Below, one piece after another: positions 10,091 to 19,439 of a stretch of DNA of 55,072 bases (its first letter is position 1; every line of letters begins with the position of its first letter). Position numbers and translations under genes: made by a program. Under the pieces are notes generated by a model. That model was not told the origin of the DNA. It did no database searches and saw only the letters and a list, made by a program, of their open reading frames with translations. The stretch is taken from the NCBI GenBank assembly GCA_007120695.1, contig SKND01000199.1:1-55072 (forward strand), read 5' to 3'. Source of the stretch: Bacteroidales bacterium. Lineage in GTDB: Bacteria; Bacteroidota; Bacteroidia; Bacteroidales; PUMT01.

Positions 10091-10816
10091 ATGGAAAGAA
10101 TAGACGATAAGAAACATGAGGCCGGAAAAGGTGTGGTAATGGTAATTGGAGCCTTACTTGTCCTTGCCGGGTTACTGCTGTTTGGCGACCAGCTTAATCT
10201 TTTCCCGTTCAGGGTAAAGTACATATTAATATCATGGCAGATGCTGCTCATTGTGCTGGGATTGGTTTTCCTTTCAAAAAAGGAAGGAAGGCTTACCGGG
10301 ATTATCCTGGTAAGTTTAGGGGTATTTTTTCTGCTGCCAAAATTAACAATTCTGCCGGTTAGTGCCGGCAGGCTTTTCTGGCCGGCACTGCTTGTTTTTG
10401 TCGGACTGATGATATTGCTGAGAGGTACTTTCACCAGGGGCCTCGGGTATTCGGCAAGCAAAAAAAGAGGCGATGCATTTGAAGATATAAATGTTTTCGG
10501 GGGCCACGACCGAATTATTGAGACTGAAAATTTCAAAGGCGGTGAAATTGTCAATGTTTTTGGCGGGGGAAATTATGATATGCTGCAGGCAAAGCTGGCC
10601 CAGGGCAACAACATACTTGAGGTGGTAATGGTATTTGGCGGGTCGAAGATCATTGTTCCGCAGGACTGGGATGTAAAGGTCGAGGTGGCCGCAGTGTTTG
10701 GGGGATTCAGTGACAAGCGGATCAAGTCGCCCGAAATAACAAGAGACACCTCGCGTACGCTAATTATAAAAGGAGTAGCTATATTTGGGGGAGGAGAGCT
10801 TGTCAACTATAACTGA
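10091..10816 (+). CDS. LiaF-like membrane protein (DUF5668 TM region plus DUF2154-like C-terminal domain)
   Basis: Four N-terminal TM helices (SWQMLLI, FWPALLVFVG). Repeated VFGG beta motifs (NVFGG, FKGGEIVNVFGG, VMVFGGSKIIVP, AVFGGFSDKR, IKGVAIFGG). Confidence 0.8.
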   Translation: MERIDDKKHEAGKGVVMVIGALLVLAGLLLFGDQLNLFPFRVKYILISWQMLLIVLGLVFLSKKEGRLTGIILVSLGVFFLLPKLTILPVSAGRLFWPALLVFVGLMILLRGTFTRGLGYSASKKRGDAFEDINVFGGHDRIIETENFKGGEIVNVFGGGNYDMLQAKLAQGNNILEVVMVFGGSKIIVPQDWDVKVEVAAVFGGFSDKRIKSPEITRDTSRTLIIKGVAIFGGGELVNYN

Positions 10817-10864
10817 TAGTCGATGCGCCCCGATCCTGCTGAACAGGAATAATCTTGTAATATC

Positions 10865-10905
10865 GCACTTGCCTGGATTTCTGTAACAACCATTCAGGCA
10901 GGTGT
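10865..10905. terminator. Stem-loop between convergent genes (possible bidirectional terminator)
   Basis: gcacttgcctgga ... ttcaggcaggtgt forms an imperfect inverted repeat between the stops at 10816 (+) and 10993 (-). Confidence 0.45.
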
Positions 10906-10992
10906 GCTAGATTTGTATTCCGGCCTGGAGATTAGGGTTGCACTGACCGACAGCAACGTTTTCAACACCATATTCTTTTTAGTGGGGGCTAC

Positions 10993-11487
10993 TTATGTGC
11001 TTAAATACCTAACATACACCACTTTATTATCGCCATCGTCATAAAAATCTTCAAAGCAGGCTTTTATCTGATAGTTGTTCTTTTCATAAAATTTCCTTGT
11101 TGATTCATATTGCTCCCGGGATGAAGTTTCTGCATAAATTCCATTGCCGCCGGCACCGGCAATCTTCTGTTCGGTGAGCTTAAGAAGATAGCTTCCGATG
11201 CCTGTCCCCCGGTAGTTATTCCGGACTGCTATCCAGTAAAGGTCATAACTTTTCACAGTGCATGGAATTAAGCCATAGCAACTATATGCAACAGGCTTGC
11301 CGTTATGACAGGCAAACAGGAACTCATATCCGCTGGACTTCCCTTTTTTAAGCCTTTCTTCCACAAGCTCCACGGCTATATCTATTTCATCAGCACGGAA
11401 AAAACCTGTAGATTCAGCTATGTCCCTTATACTTTTTATGTCTTCAAAAACTGGTGCTGCCCTAATCGTTAATTCGTTAATTTTCAT
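10993..11487 (-). CDS. GNAT family N-acetyltransferase
   Basis: YDLYWIAV...YRGTGIG acetyl-CoA motif, ETSS...TRKFYEK, DFYDDGD. Last gene of the KamA cluster. Confidence 0.85.
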   Translation of the reverse strand: MKINELTIRAAPVFEDIKSIRDIAESTGFFRADEIDIAVELVEERLKKGKSSGYEFLFACHNGKPVAYSCYGLIPCTVKSYDLYWIAVRNNYRGTGIGSYLLKLTEQKIAGAGGNGIYAETSSREQYESTRKFYEKNNYQIKACFEDFYDDGDNKVVYVRYLST

Positions 11488-11556
11488 TGATCGCAGGTTA
11501 ATTGTTCATTTTATTTTGTCTGCCAAAGGCTGATGGGGGTTTCACATGATTAAATG

Positions 11557-12540
11557 TTAGATAATCACATTTCTGGCGAATGCATCAGCCAGGATCCTTT
11601 CAACCACTGCCTTATAATCAAGGCCTGTCTTTCCGGCTGCAGCAATAAAACCGGCATCAGGCGACAGGCAAGGGTTGGCATTGACTTCAAGCAGGAAGGG
11701 CTCATTATTTTGGTTGACCCGAAAATCAAAACGGGCATATCCGCCAAGATCAAACCCTTTCCAGCAACTGAGACTTATTTTTTTGAGTTTTTCAATGAGA
11801 CTGGCATCTTCACCGGTAAAATCAAAATGTCTTACAGAGTTTCTGTATTCAAAAGAGCCCTCGTCCCATTTTGAGGCATAATTCAGAATATGTGGCTTTC
11901 CCGGGGGATAATCTGTAAAACGTATTTCAGCAGGAGGCAAAACAAGTGGTTCATTTTTACCCCCGATAACAGCTATATTAAATTCACGGCCCTGAATATA
12001 CTCTTCAAGAAAAAGTTTTCTGTTTTTTCTGACAACCTGTAACCGGTCAATACTTGATTCATCCAGATAAAATACTGAATTATCTGTAATACCGGAGGAG
12101 CCATCTTCCCACACTGGTTTGATAATGTAGTTACCCTCTTGCATTTTATCCGTGATACTTTCACCATAATACCAACAGGGGGTAGGCAGTCCAAGTTCAA
12201 TAAACCGGCTTTTAGCAAGCACTTTGTGTGAGCTGATGTATAAGGGTAAGGACGCAGAACCCGTAAAGGGTATTTCAAGGCACTCCAGGAGGGTGGGAGC
12301 CAGGTGGATAAGCTCCCCCCTGCCACTTACCGTTTCAACAAGGTTAAACACCACATCTGGCTTTAGTTTAGTTAAGAACTCCCATGTAATCTTCATGTTA
12401 AGATCAAAATAGGCCCGCTGAGAAGAATAACCGCACAGTTGCATGGCTTTTTCAACCGCTTCAGCCTGTTCAAGTACATCCTGCTCGTCAGGCAATGGTT
12501 TGGCGGATATTTTGTTTATCAGGATTACAGCCTTTTTCAT
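11557..12540 (-). CDS. D-Ala-D-Ala ligase-like ATP-grasp enzyme (second copy)
   Basis: VFNLVE, PFTGS, IIKPVWEDGSSGI, EEYIQGREF, YARFDFR, LEVNANPCL. Confidence 0.85.
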   Translation of the reverse strand: MKKAVILINKISAKPLPDEQDVLEQAEAVEKAMQLCGYSSQRAYFDLNMKITWEFLTKLKPDVVFNLVETVSGRGELIHLAPTLLECLEIPFTGSASLPLYISSHKVLAKSRFIELGLPTPCWYYGESITDKMQEGNYIIKPVWEDGSSGITDNSVFYLDESSIDRLQVVRKNRKLFLEEYIQGREFNIAVIGGKNEPLVLPPAEIRFTDYPPGKPHILNYASKWDEGSFEYRNSVRHFDFTGEDASLIEKLKKISLSCWKGFDLGGYARFDFRVNQNNEPFLLEVNANPCLSPDAGFIAAAGKTGLDYKAVVERILADAFARNVII

Positions 12541-12563
12541 AGTGTACAGGTTACCTTATATAG

Positions 12564-13664
12564 TTACTCCCCAGCCTTTACCGTTGAATATTTACCGTCT
12601 GGCCAGCGATCTGCTGAATCTGACAACCCGAGCTCTCCTGTGCCAACCAGCCTGAAATTATTACCATCCTTCACCGGTAAATTATTTAGCTTTTTCAATG
12701 CGGAGTCCATGATCATTTTCATCAACTCACTGTAGCTTATCCCATTTAATTTTGCAAGGATAGGAAGATCAGAATGTTCGGGGTGAAGACCAGCCAGGGG
12801 ATTTATTTCAAGAAAGTTTGGAATACCATGCCTGTCGTACCTGATATCTACCCTGCCCCCATCCTCACACCTGATCGCATTCCAAGAACGAAGGGCAAGT
12901 TCTTCACATTTGATGGCTTCTTCCGGGGGAGCAGGCAGGTATAAAACTCTTTCCTCACATTCTTCTTTATTATTGTATGAATAAACCTTTTGTTCCGCAT
13001 TGTCTTTTAATACAACTTCCATTACCCCGATACAGCGTGCATTTTTGCCTGTGCCAACTATCCCTGCAGTAAATTCCCTGCCGCTTAAATACTCTTCTAC
13101 CAGCACTGGTTGATTATATCTGGTGAGGAGCGAAAGGCAGGTTTCCCGCAAAGCCGGCTTTTTATAGATAACCGAATTGGCATTTATGCCCTTGCCTGTT
13201 CCTTCAGCCAGTGGTTTTGCAAAAAGGGGGAAAGGGATATTTATTTTATTTATATCTGCGGGCTCATGTACCACATAATATTCAGCGGTTTTAATACCTG
13301 CATTTTTCACTACTGTTTTGGCAAGAGACTTGTCCAGTGTAATGGTCATCACCACAGGGTCAGAGAAAACATAAGGAATACGGTAAGCATCAAGAAGTGC
13401 CGGCACCTGGGCCTCCCTGCCGGCACCATACATGCCTTCACAGATATTGAAAACAATATCCCATCTGCAACCCTTTGCAAGTTTTTCTGTTAAGGTCCGG
13501 ATATTTCCTATGCGATCTACCTCAAATCCCATTTTCATAAGTTCCGATTCTATGGCCTCAATAGTGCCTGCCCTGTCGAATTCGGCAGTCTCTTCTTCAG
13601 AATAACCCATTTTCAGATAGTCATCCCTTAAATCATAGCTAAAACCTACTTTAATTTTTATCAT
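12564..13664 (-). CDS. D-Ala-D-Ala ligase-like ATP-grasp enzyme (first copy)
   Basis: VFNICEG...REAQVPALL, FAKPLAEGTGKGI, EEYLSGREF, GRVDIR, LEINPLAGL. Confidence 0.85.
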   Translation of the reverse strand: MIKIKVGFSYDLRDDYLKMGYSEEETAEFDRAGTIEAIESELMKMGFEVDRIGNIRTLTEKLAKGCRWDIVFNICEGMYGAGREAQVPALLDAYRIPYVFSDPVVMTITLDKSLAKTVVKNAGIKTAEYYVVHEPADINKINIPFPLFAKPLAEGTGKGINANSVIYKKPALRETCLSLLTRYNQPVLVEEYLSGREFTAGIVGTGKNARCIGVMEVVLKDNAEQKVYSYNNKEECEERVLYLPAPPEEAIKCEELALRSWNAIRCEDGGRVDIRYDRHGIPNFLEINPLAGLHPEHSDLPILAKLNGISYSELMKMIMDSALKKLNNLPVKDGNNFRLVGTGELGLSDSADRWPDGKYSTVKAGE

Positions 13665-13737
13665 TCTTATTCGTATATAGTATTGTTATCAATTTATTTA
13701 ATAATATGTTACTAAAATGCATATCTTTCTGTGAGCT

Positions 13738-15489
13738 TTAGCTCATGGGGCTTTCATATTGTTTATGCAATCCTCTGAAGAAACTTAAAGCATTTATCCC
13801 CAGATTTCTTGTCCTGTATCCACCCTCCTGAACAACCAGGACGGGCAATTTTAGTTCTCCGATCATTTTTCCATTTTCCTCCAGGTCAACATTATTTAAT
13901 TGCCATGTGCCTGTAGGATCACCTTTGGCAACATCCAGGCCAAGGGCCAGAACCAGGTAATCAGGTTTGAAGCTTTTTAGTTTATCCAGTGCTTTGCGTA
14001 GATATGATCGGTAAGCCGGACCGGACAACTGTTCAGGCAATGGATAATTAACATTAAACCCATATCCGGCCGACTCCCCCTTCTCATTGGCAAAACCACT
14101 AAAATAGGGGTATGCAAAGGAGGGATGCCCGTGAATGGAGATGGTCAGCACATCATCTCTTTTGTAAAAAATATCCTGCTGGCCGTTGCCATGATGATAA
14201 TCGATATCCAGCAATGCAACCTTTCCATATTTACTTAAGTAATTGGCGGCAATAGCGGCAGAATTAAAATAGCAGAAACCACCAAAGGATTTTCTTTCAG
14301 CATGATGTCCGGGTGGCCTGATCAGTGCATAGGCCAGTTTTCCCCCTTCTATAAGCAAATCAGCGCATGTAAGTGCGCAATCAACTGCCTTTCTTGAAGC
14401 CAGGTAGGCATTCCTGTTAAGTGGAGTGAATGTGTCTATACAATAATAACCGGCCCTTACTGAATCATCTTTTGGAGGCCGGGTTGAATTTCTTACAGGA
14501 AATACATAAGGATAAATTGACTTGCCTTCAGGAAGACTTTTACATATCCTCTTGAAGTATTCTATATAACCCCTGTCGTGTATTTCAAAAATATGTTTTT
14601 CACTGTAACTTTTGGGAGGATTCAGCTCAAACAAACCTGAAGGAAGCAGTTCATTAAGAATAGATTTAATCCTTACCGGAGCTTCTACGTAACCCCTTTC
14701 TCTTACATGATGGATACTATGTTTATCATTATAAATGAGTGGTATTTTAAAGGTCCCGCGAAGGTTTTGTCCTGACGGGGCCCTCTTCTGTCTTTTAATA
14801 TACCGGGGCGCACGTAGTTTCACCGGATTATCCTTTACCGAATTCAGGACCTTAATAATATATTCCTCAGGACAGTAATTTCGATATTTCCGTTCAAGTA
14901 TGGCGCGAATAATGATCTTTGCAGTTGTATTATCCATTGTGCCTTCCTTTCCCAGGAAATCACACACCAGGAACGGGGGACAATCATCAGTTTCTTTAAC
15001 AGGAGTCTCATATAGTGTATCTATAAGCGGGTAGGCGTGGTACTTTTCGTAGAATCTGAGACGGGCTATATTTTGCTGTATAAGTGATGAATCTCTGCAT
15101 AATTCTGGTTCATCCGGCAGACATTCAAAAAACAGCCCTATACAATTTAGATCAACAGCTTCCTCCTTTACTTTCTGATAAAGGGCACCTCCGATACCTC
15201 CCGATATTGTGTTTTTTATAGTTGCAACATAATCGAGATAGCAAAAGTGCAGGTCGGGAGCATACATTGACAGGGCAAAACCAAGTACAGTACCCGCCGA
15301 GTTTTCAGCAACGTAGAGTATTGTACGAAACCTGTATTTAAGTGGATCTTTCAATTGCATGGATACTTCATCCAGTTTTTCTTCAGAAAGAGTGGAAAAA
15401 TGAGACTTCATTATTGCCTTTACCTGTTCAATAGAGTTTTGGTCTACAGGTCTGTTAACATCATGTATACGCCTTATTCTGAACATCAT
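13738..15489 (-). CDS. GNAT-like domain fused to a histone deacetylase / acetylpolyamine amidohydrolase domain
   Basis: N-terminal LDYVAT...GGIGGALY...FFEC...RLRFYE (GNAT-like). C-terminal RPPGHHA, GGFCYFN, DIDYHHGNG, LGLD, QEGGY (Zn-dependent HDAC family). Confidence 0.85.
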   Translation of the reverse strand: MMFRIRRIHDVNRPVDQNSIEQVKAIMKSHFSTLSEEKLDEVSMQLKDPLKYRFRTILYVAENSAGTVLGFALSMYAPDLHFCYLDYVATIKNTISGGIGGALYQKVKEEAVDLNCIGLFFECLPDEPELCRDSSLIQQNIARLRFYEKYHAYPLIDTLYETPVKETDDCPPFLVCDFLGKEGTMDNTTAKIIIRAILERKYRNYCPEEYIIKVLNSVKDNPVKLRAPRYIKRQKRAPSGQNLRGTFKIPLIYNDKHSIHHVRERGYVEAPVRIKSILNELLPSGLFELNPPKSYSEKHIFEIHDRGYIEYFKRICKSLPEGKSIYPYVFPVRNSTRPPKDDSVRAGYYCIDTFTPLNRNAYLASRKAVDCALTCADLLIEGGKLAYALIRPPGHHAERKSFGGFCYFNSAAIAANYLSKYGKVALLDIDYHHGNGQQDIFYKRDDVLTISIHGHPSFAYPYFSGFANEKGESAGYGFNVNYPLPEQLSGPAYRSYLRKALDKLKSFKPDYLVLALGLDVAKGDPTGTWQLNNVDLEENGKMIGELKLPVLVVQEGGYRTRNLGINALSFFRGLHKQYESPMS

Positions 15490-15539
15490 CTTACATATTG
15501 GATGTGAATAATGAAACTCATGTAAACCTGAAAGAATAA

Positions 15540-16841
15540 TTATAGGGAGCAGCCATCCTGTGATTGAACTCCACTGCCAGGCAAAGGCCCTTCAGGATAA
15601 AGGAACGTCCTGTTTTCGTAGTTAACAAGGAGGTAACCCTCATTACACTTTTCGACTACATAACCGGGCAATAATGGAATTTTCCCTCCACCACCAGGTG
15701 CATCGATAACGAAATGCGGAATGGCGTACCCCGAGGTAAAGCCCCTTAACCCCCTTATTATTTCCAGCCCTTTCGACACCGGTGTTCTGAAATGGGCCGA
15801 GCCTGGAATCGGATCACACTGATAAAGGTAATAGGGTCTAACTCTCATCTTTAATAACAGGTGGGTTAGCTTTTTAAAAACCTCCACATCATCATTTATA
15901 CCCTGCAGCAGAACAGTCTGGCTACCCAGCGGGATTCCGGCATCGGCCAGACGGTTACAGGCAAACTCTGTCTCGGGTGTCACTTCATCGGGGTGGGTAA
16001 AATGTATACTCATAAATAACGGGTGATACCTTCGCAACATGCTTACCAGTCCCCGTGTTATACGCTGGGGAAGTACTACAGGTACTTTGGTACCTATTCT
16101 GATAATCTCAACATGCGAAATGGCGCGGAGGTTTGAGAGAAGATACTCCAGTCGCCAATCGGGCAAAGTAAGCGGATCTCCCCCTGAGATCAGTACGTCC
16201 CTTATCTCGCTGTGTGCCCTTATATAATCCAGGGCTTTGTCCCACTCCCTTCGGCCTGAGTGACATTTATCCTTTTTCGAGACCAGGTGCGAGCGGGTAC
16301 AATAGCGGCAATATGCTGCACAGAAACCTGTAACCAGGAAAAGGACCCTGTCCGGGTACCTGTGAACAAGGTTTGCAACTGGACTGTGCTTGTTTTCGCC
16401 AAGCGGATCTGCCTTTTCAAAAGCAGATACAATTAATTCATCAAGAACGGGGACCATAGTTTTGCGCAAGGCCTGCCCAGAATTACTCCTGCTAAGCAAT
16501 GATGCAAAATAGGGAGTTATCCTCAGAGGCAGATGCACATTGCCGGAAGATGGTATTGCCTCATTTTCCGTTAATTGCAGAAATCCGGATAGCTGATTGA
16601 AAGCCGTAAAACTATTACTTATCTGCCATTGCCAGTCATTCCATTCTGAATCAGAAGCTGAAGGGAAATTTTTTTCACGAAAGATTCGTGAATGCGCACT
16701 GATTGGGATTGAGATTTGTTTGTGAAAACCTGAAAAATATTTTCTTGTTTTTTTGGTATCCGGACATAGCCTGCCTGGAGGCTCTGTTTCGGTTTCCTCA
16801 TTAATTAAAGAGGAATTGGAAATCAATTTTCCGGGTTTCAT
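15540..16841 (-). CDS. kamA: KamA family radical SAM protein (lysine 2,3-aminomutase-like)
   Basis: WNDWQWQ, HRYPDRVLF, CAAYCRYC (CxxxCxxC), SGGDPL, PYYLYQCD, DAPGGGGK (PLP lysine). Confidence 0.9.
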   Translation of the reverse strand: MKPGKLISNSSLINEETETEPPGRLCPDTKKTRKYFSGFHKQISIPISAHSRIFREKNFPSASDSEWNDWQWQISNSFTAFNQLSGFLQLTENEAIPSSGNVHLPLRITPYFASLLSRSNSGQALRKTMVPVLDELIVSAFEKADPLGENKHSPVANLVHRYPDRVLFLVTGFCAAYCRYCTRSHLVSKKDKCHSGRREWDKALDYIRAHSEIRDVLISGGDPLTLPDWRLEYLLSNLRAISHVEIIRIGTKVPVVLPQRITRGLVSMLRRYHPLFMSIHFTHPDEVTPETEFACNRLADAGIPLGSQTVLLQGINDDVEVFKKLTHLLLKMRVRPYYLYQCDPIPGSAHFRTPVSKGLEIIRGLRGFTSGYAIPHFVIDAPGGGGKIPLLPGYVVEKCNEGYLLVNYENRTFLYPEGPLPGSGVQSQDGCSL

Positions 16842-17419
16842 TTTACCCTAAGGGTTCTCTAATTTTTTTAATTTAAACTTCATGCCACATATTAACTTTA
16901 AACCACTTTGATTTAGCATAAAGCGGTAAAATTCTATGCAAAATAAAACAAAAAAGCAATCCATTGTTCACTTTTAATAATTTATTTTTGGTATTTGTTC
17001 GCAAAAGCTTTAAATGCCTTTATTTAAGTAAATTATAGAGGTGTTTATTGGGAGGTCCGTGGCTGACTGAACTGGGTGGTTAGCCGGCCTGAGGGAGAGA
17101 GTTCATTCGGGAATATTATCTTGCATTATGCTAATAATCTTACTGCTTTTAATTTGCGGGAGATTATAAGTTTGCCAGCTGATTTTGCTATGTTTTTTTT
17201 GGTGCCAATAACCTGGAATAGAAAATGAGCGAATGCGAAATATCTTTTTTAATAAGGCTTTAGAGCTGGAGGTTAAAAAAGAGGATATAAAAATAAACGA
17301 AATTCCGCTCCATGTGAAAAAGCAATTGTGTATTGATTTTTGTAACTTGTGCCGCGATATATCCAAAATTTAGTGGTCATTAGCACAATAATTAGCAACA
17401 CCTAAAAATTCATTTTTAA

Positions 17420-18415
17420 ATGATTATTGAAACCAGGGCATATGCCCGTGCAGGTTTACTGGGCAACCCATCTGATGGATATTTTGGTAAAACAATATCC
17501 ATCATTGTCAGGAATTTTGGTGCTTCCATCTCTATGTATGAAACCCCTGAGCTGAGAATTGAGGAGATGCATGTCGACCGGGATACCTTCCGTAATGTAT
17601 ACCACATGGTTGATTCAGTAAAACTGTCAGGGTATTATGGAGGAACAAGATTGATCAAGGCCTCCATAAAGAAATTTGTTGAGTACTGCGAATCTAACAA
17701 TATCCGGCTCGGCAACAAGAACTTTTCTGTTCGTTACATATCGTCAATACCCCGCCAGGTAGGACTTGCAGGATCGAGTGCTATTATTGCCGCGACGATG
17801 AAAGCGTTGATGAGATTTTATGATGTGGATATCCCAAAACATATTCTCCCTACGTTAATTTTAAAGGCAGAGACTGAAGAACTCGGAATAAATGCAGGAT
17901 TGCAGGATCGTGTAATACAGGTTTATGAAGGTTGTGTTTTCATGGATTTTGATAAAGAGCACTTGCTGCAAAACGGTTTCGGAAAATATACGAGTATTGA
18001 TTCAGCCCTGATCCCGAAACTTTACCTTGCTTATAAAGTCGAATTGAGTAAAGTTTCAGGAATGGTATTGAATAATATCCGTGAAAGATATGAAAAGGAG
18101 GATCCTTTGGTAATCGACACTTTGAATGACCTGGCTGAAGTCGCCGAGCAGGGCAGGGAAGCGATCCTTAACAAGGACTATGAAAAACTAAATAAACTTA
18201 TAGACACAAACTTTGATTTGCGATGCAAGATCATGAAGATTTCAGATAGCAATATGGAACTGGTAATGACAGCCAGAAACTGCGGTGCTTCAGCCAAGTT
18301 TTCGGGATCCGGTGGTGCAATCATCGGCATGTATGAAGATGATGAGATGTTGAGGCGCTTAATTGTTAATTTAAAAAAAGTCAATGCAAGAGTTATAAAA
18401 CCAATTATAATGTAA
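17420..18415 (+). CDS. GHMP kinase, glucuronokinase-like
   Basis: ARAGLLGNPSDGYFGKTIS, GYYGG.RL, IPRQVGLAGSSAII (GHMP ATP loop), ELGINAGLQDRVIQVY, MDF, AKFSGSGGA. These parallel plant glucuronokinase motifs as I recall them. Confidence 0.8.
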   Translation: MIIETRAYARAGLLGNPSDGYFGKTISIIVRNFGASISMYETPELRIEEMHVDRDTFRNVYHMVDSVKLSGYYGGTRLIKASIKKFVEYCESNNIRLGNKNFSVRYISSIPRQVGLAGSSAIIAATMKALMRFYDVDIPKHILPTLILKAETEELGINAGLQDRVIQVYEGCVFMDFDKEHLLQNGFGKYTSIDSALIPKLYLAYKVELSKVSGMVLNNIRERYEKEDPLVIDTLNDLAEVAEQGREAILNKDYEKLNKLIDTNFDLRCKIMKISDSNMELVMTARNCGASAKFSGSGGAIIGMYEDDEMLRRLIVNLKKVNARVIKPIIM

Positions 18416-18421
18416 TTTATC

Positions 18422-19306
18422 ATGATAAAAAAAGCAGTTATTCCGGCAGCCGGTTTTGGTACCAGGTTCCTTCCGGTAACAAAGGCGCAACCAAAAGAGA
18501 TGCTGCCGATTATTGACACTCCTACTATTCAGTATGTAGTTCAGGAATGCGTTGATTCTGGCATAGAAGACATTCTTATTATTTCAGGTAAAGGGAAACG
18601 TTCCATTGAAGATCATTTTGACAGGAATTTTGAACTCGAATCAAGAATCCAGGAAAAGGAAGACGAAGCTTTATATACGCAATTACGACATATAGAAAGC
18701 ATGGCAAATATCCATTTTATTCGTCAGAAGGAATTGAACGGATTGGGTGATGCGATCTACCATGCAAGATTCCATTGTGAGCATGAACCTTTTGCTGTTT
18801 TGCTTGGCGATACGGTTATTGACTCTGTAATACCGGTTACACAGCAATTGATCGATTCATTCGAGCAGTACAGGCAGACTGTAATAGCCGTTGAAAGGGT
18901 TCCGTGGGAAAATGTTTCAAGATATGGTGTTGTTGGTGGTGTGAACCTGAGTGACAGGATACTGCAGTTAAATGAACTAGTTGAGAAACCCGGCCGCAAA
19001 CAAGCGCCTTCCAATTTTGCCATTGCCGGACGTTATATTCTAACTCCTGAGATTTTCAGGGCACTGGAAAAAACACCCCGCGGAAAGGGGAATGAGATTC
19101 AGCTAACCGATGCTTTGAGGATCCTGCTTAAGGAAGAGGGTATTATTGCCACATTAATTGAAGGCAAACGTTATGATATTGGCAATAAAATGGATTTTTT
19201 AAAAACTACGGTGGAGTTTGCCCTGAAACGAAAAGAATTTTCAGTAGATTTTGAAGCTTTTCTTCGTGAAACAATTAAAAATATAGACGATCAAAAAGAG
19301 AAATAA
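18422..19306 (+). CDS. galU: UTP--glucose-1-phosphate uridylyltransferase family
   Basis: KAVIPAAGFGTRFLPVTKAQPKEMLPI, GLGDAI, LLGD, VEKP, GRYIL, EIQLTDAL, RYDIG. Confidence 0.9.
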   Translation: MIKKAVIPAAGFGTRFLPVTKAQPKEMLPIIDTPTIQYVVQECVDSGIEDILIISGKGKRSIEDHFDRNFELESRIQEKEDEALYTQLRHIESMANIHFIRQKELNGLGDAIYHARFHCEHEPFAVLLGDTVIDSVIPVTQQLIDSFEQYRQTVIAVERVPWENVSRYGVVGGVNLSDRILQLNELVEKPGRKQAPSNFAIAGRYILTPEIFRALEKTPRGKGNEIQLTDALRILLKEEGIIATLIEGKRYDIGNKMDFLKTTVEFALKRKEFSVDFEAFLRETIKNIDDQKEK

Positions 19307-19340
19307 GCCAAAAAGAGAAATAAGCCAAAAAGAGAAATAA
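19292..19340 (+). repeat. 17-bp tandem repeat, about 2.9 copies, spanning the galU stop codon
   Basis: caaaaagagaaataagc at 19292 and 19309; caaaaagagaaataa at 19326. Confidence 0.95.
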
Positions 19341-19439
19341 ATTCTTGTCGTTCAGACTGACCAGGGTTTTACCCTGTCATTTGTTGAAAAACCGGTTATT
19401 GTTTTCCGGTTGTTATATGGACTTTATAACTGAAAGCTA

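Noticed and set aside
11557-13664. Calling the two ATP-grasp genes ddl (cell wall) or van resistance ligases
   Set aside because: They lack the N-terminal GGxSxEH motif of true Ddl and sit with kamA and acetyltransferases rather than mur or van genes.
15540-16841. EF-P beta-lysylation enzyme EpmB
   Set aside because: It has the longer KamA-type sequence with DAPGGGGK, and neither efp nor epmA is adjacent.
17050-17100. GC-rich hairpin (ggctgac...gttagcc) in the kamA/kinase divergent intergenic region as a riboswitch or ncRNA
   Set aside because: No recognisable lysine, SAM or other riboswitch consensus. A single hairpin is not enough without an Rfam/covariance search.
19292-19340. CRISPR array
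   Set aside because: The repeats are directly adjacent with no spacers, only 17 bp long, and there are no cas genes.
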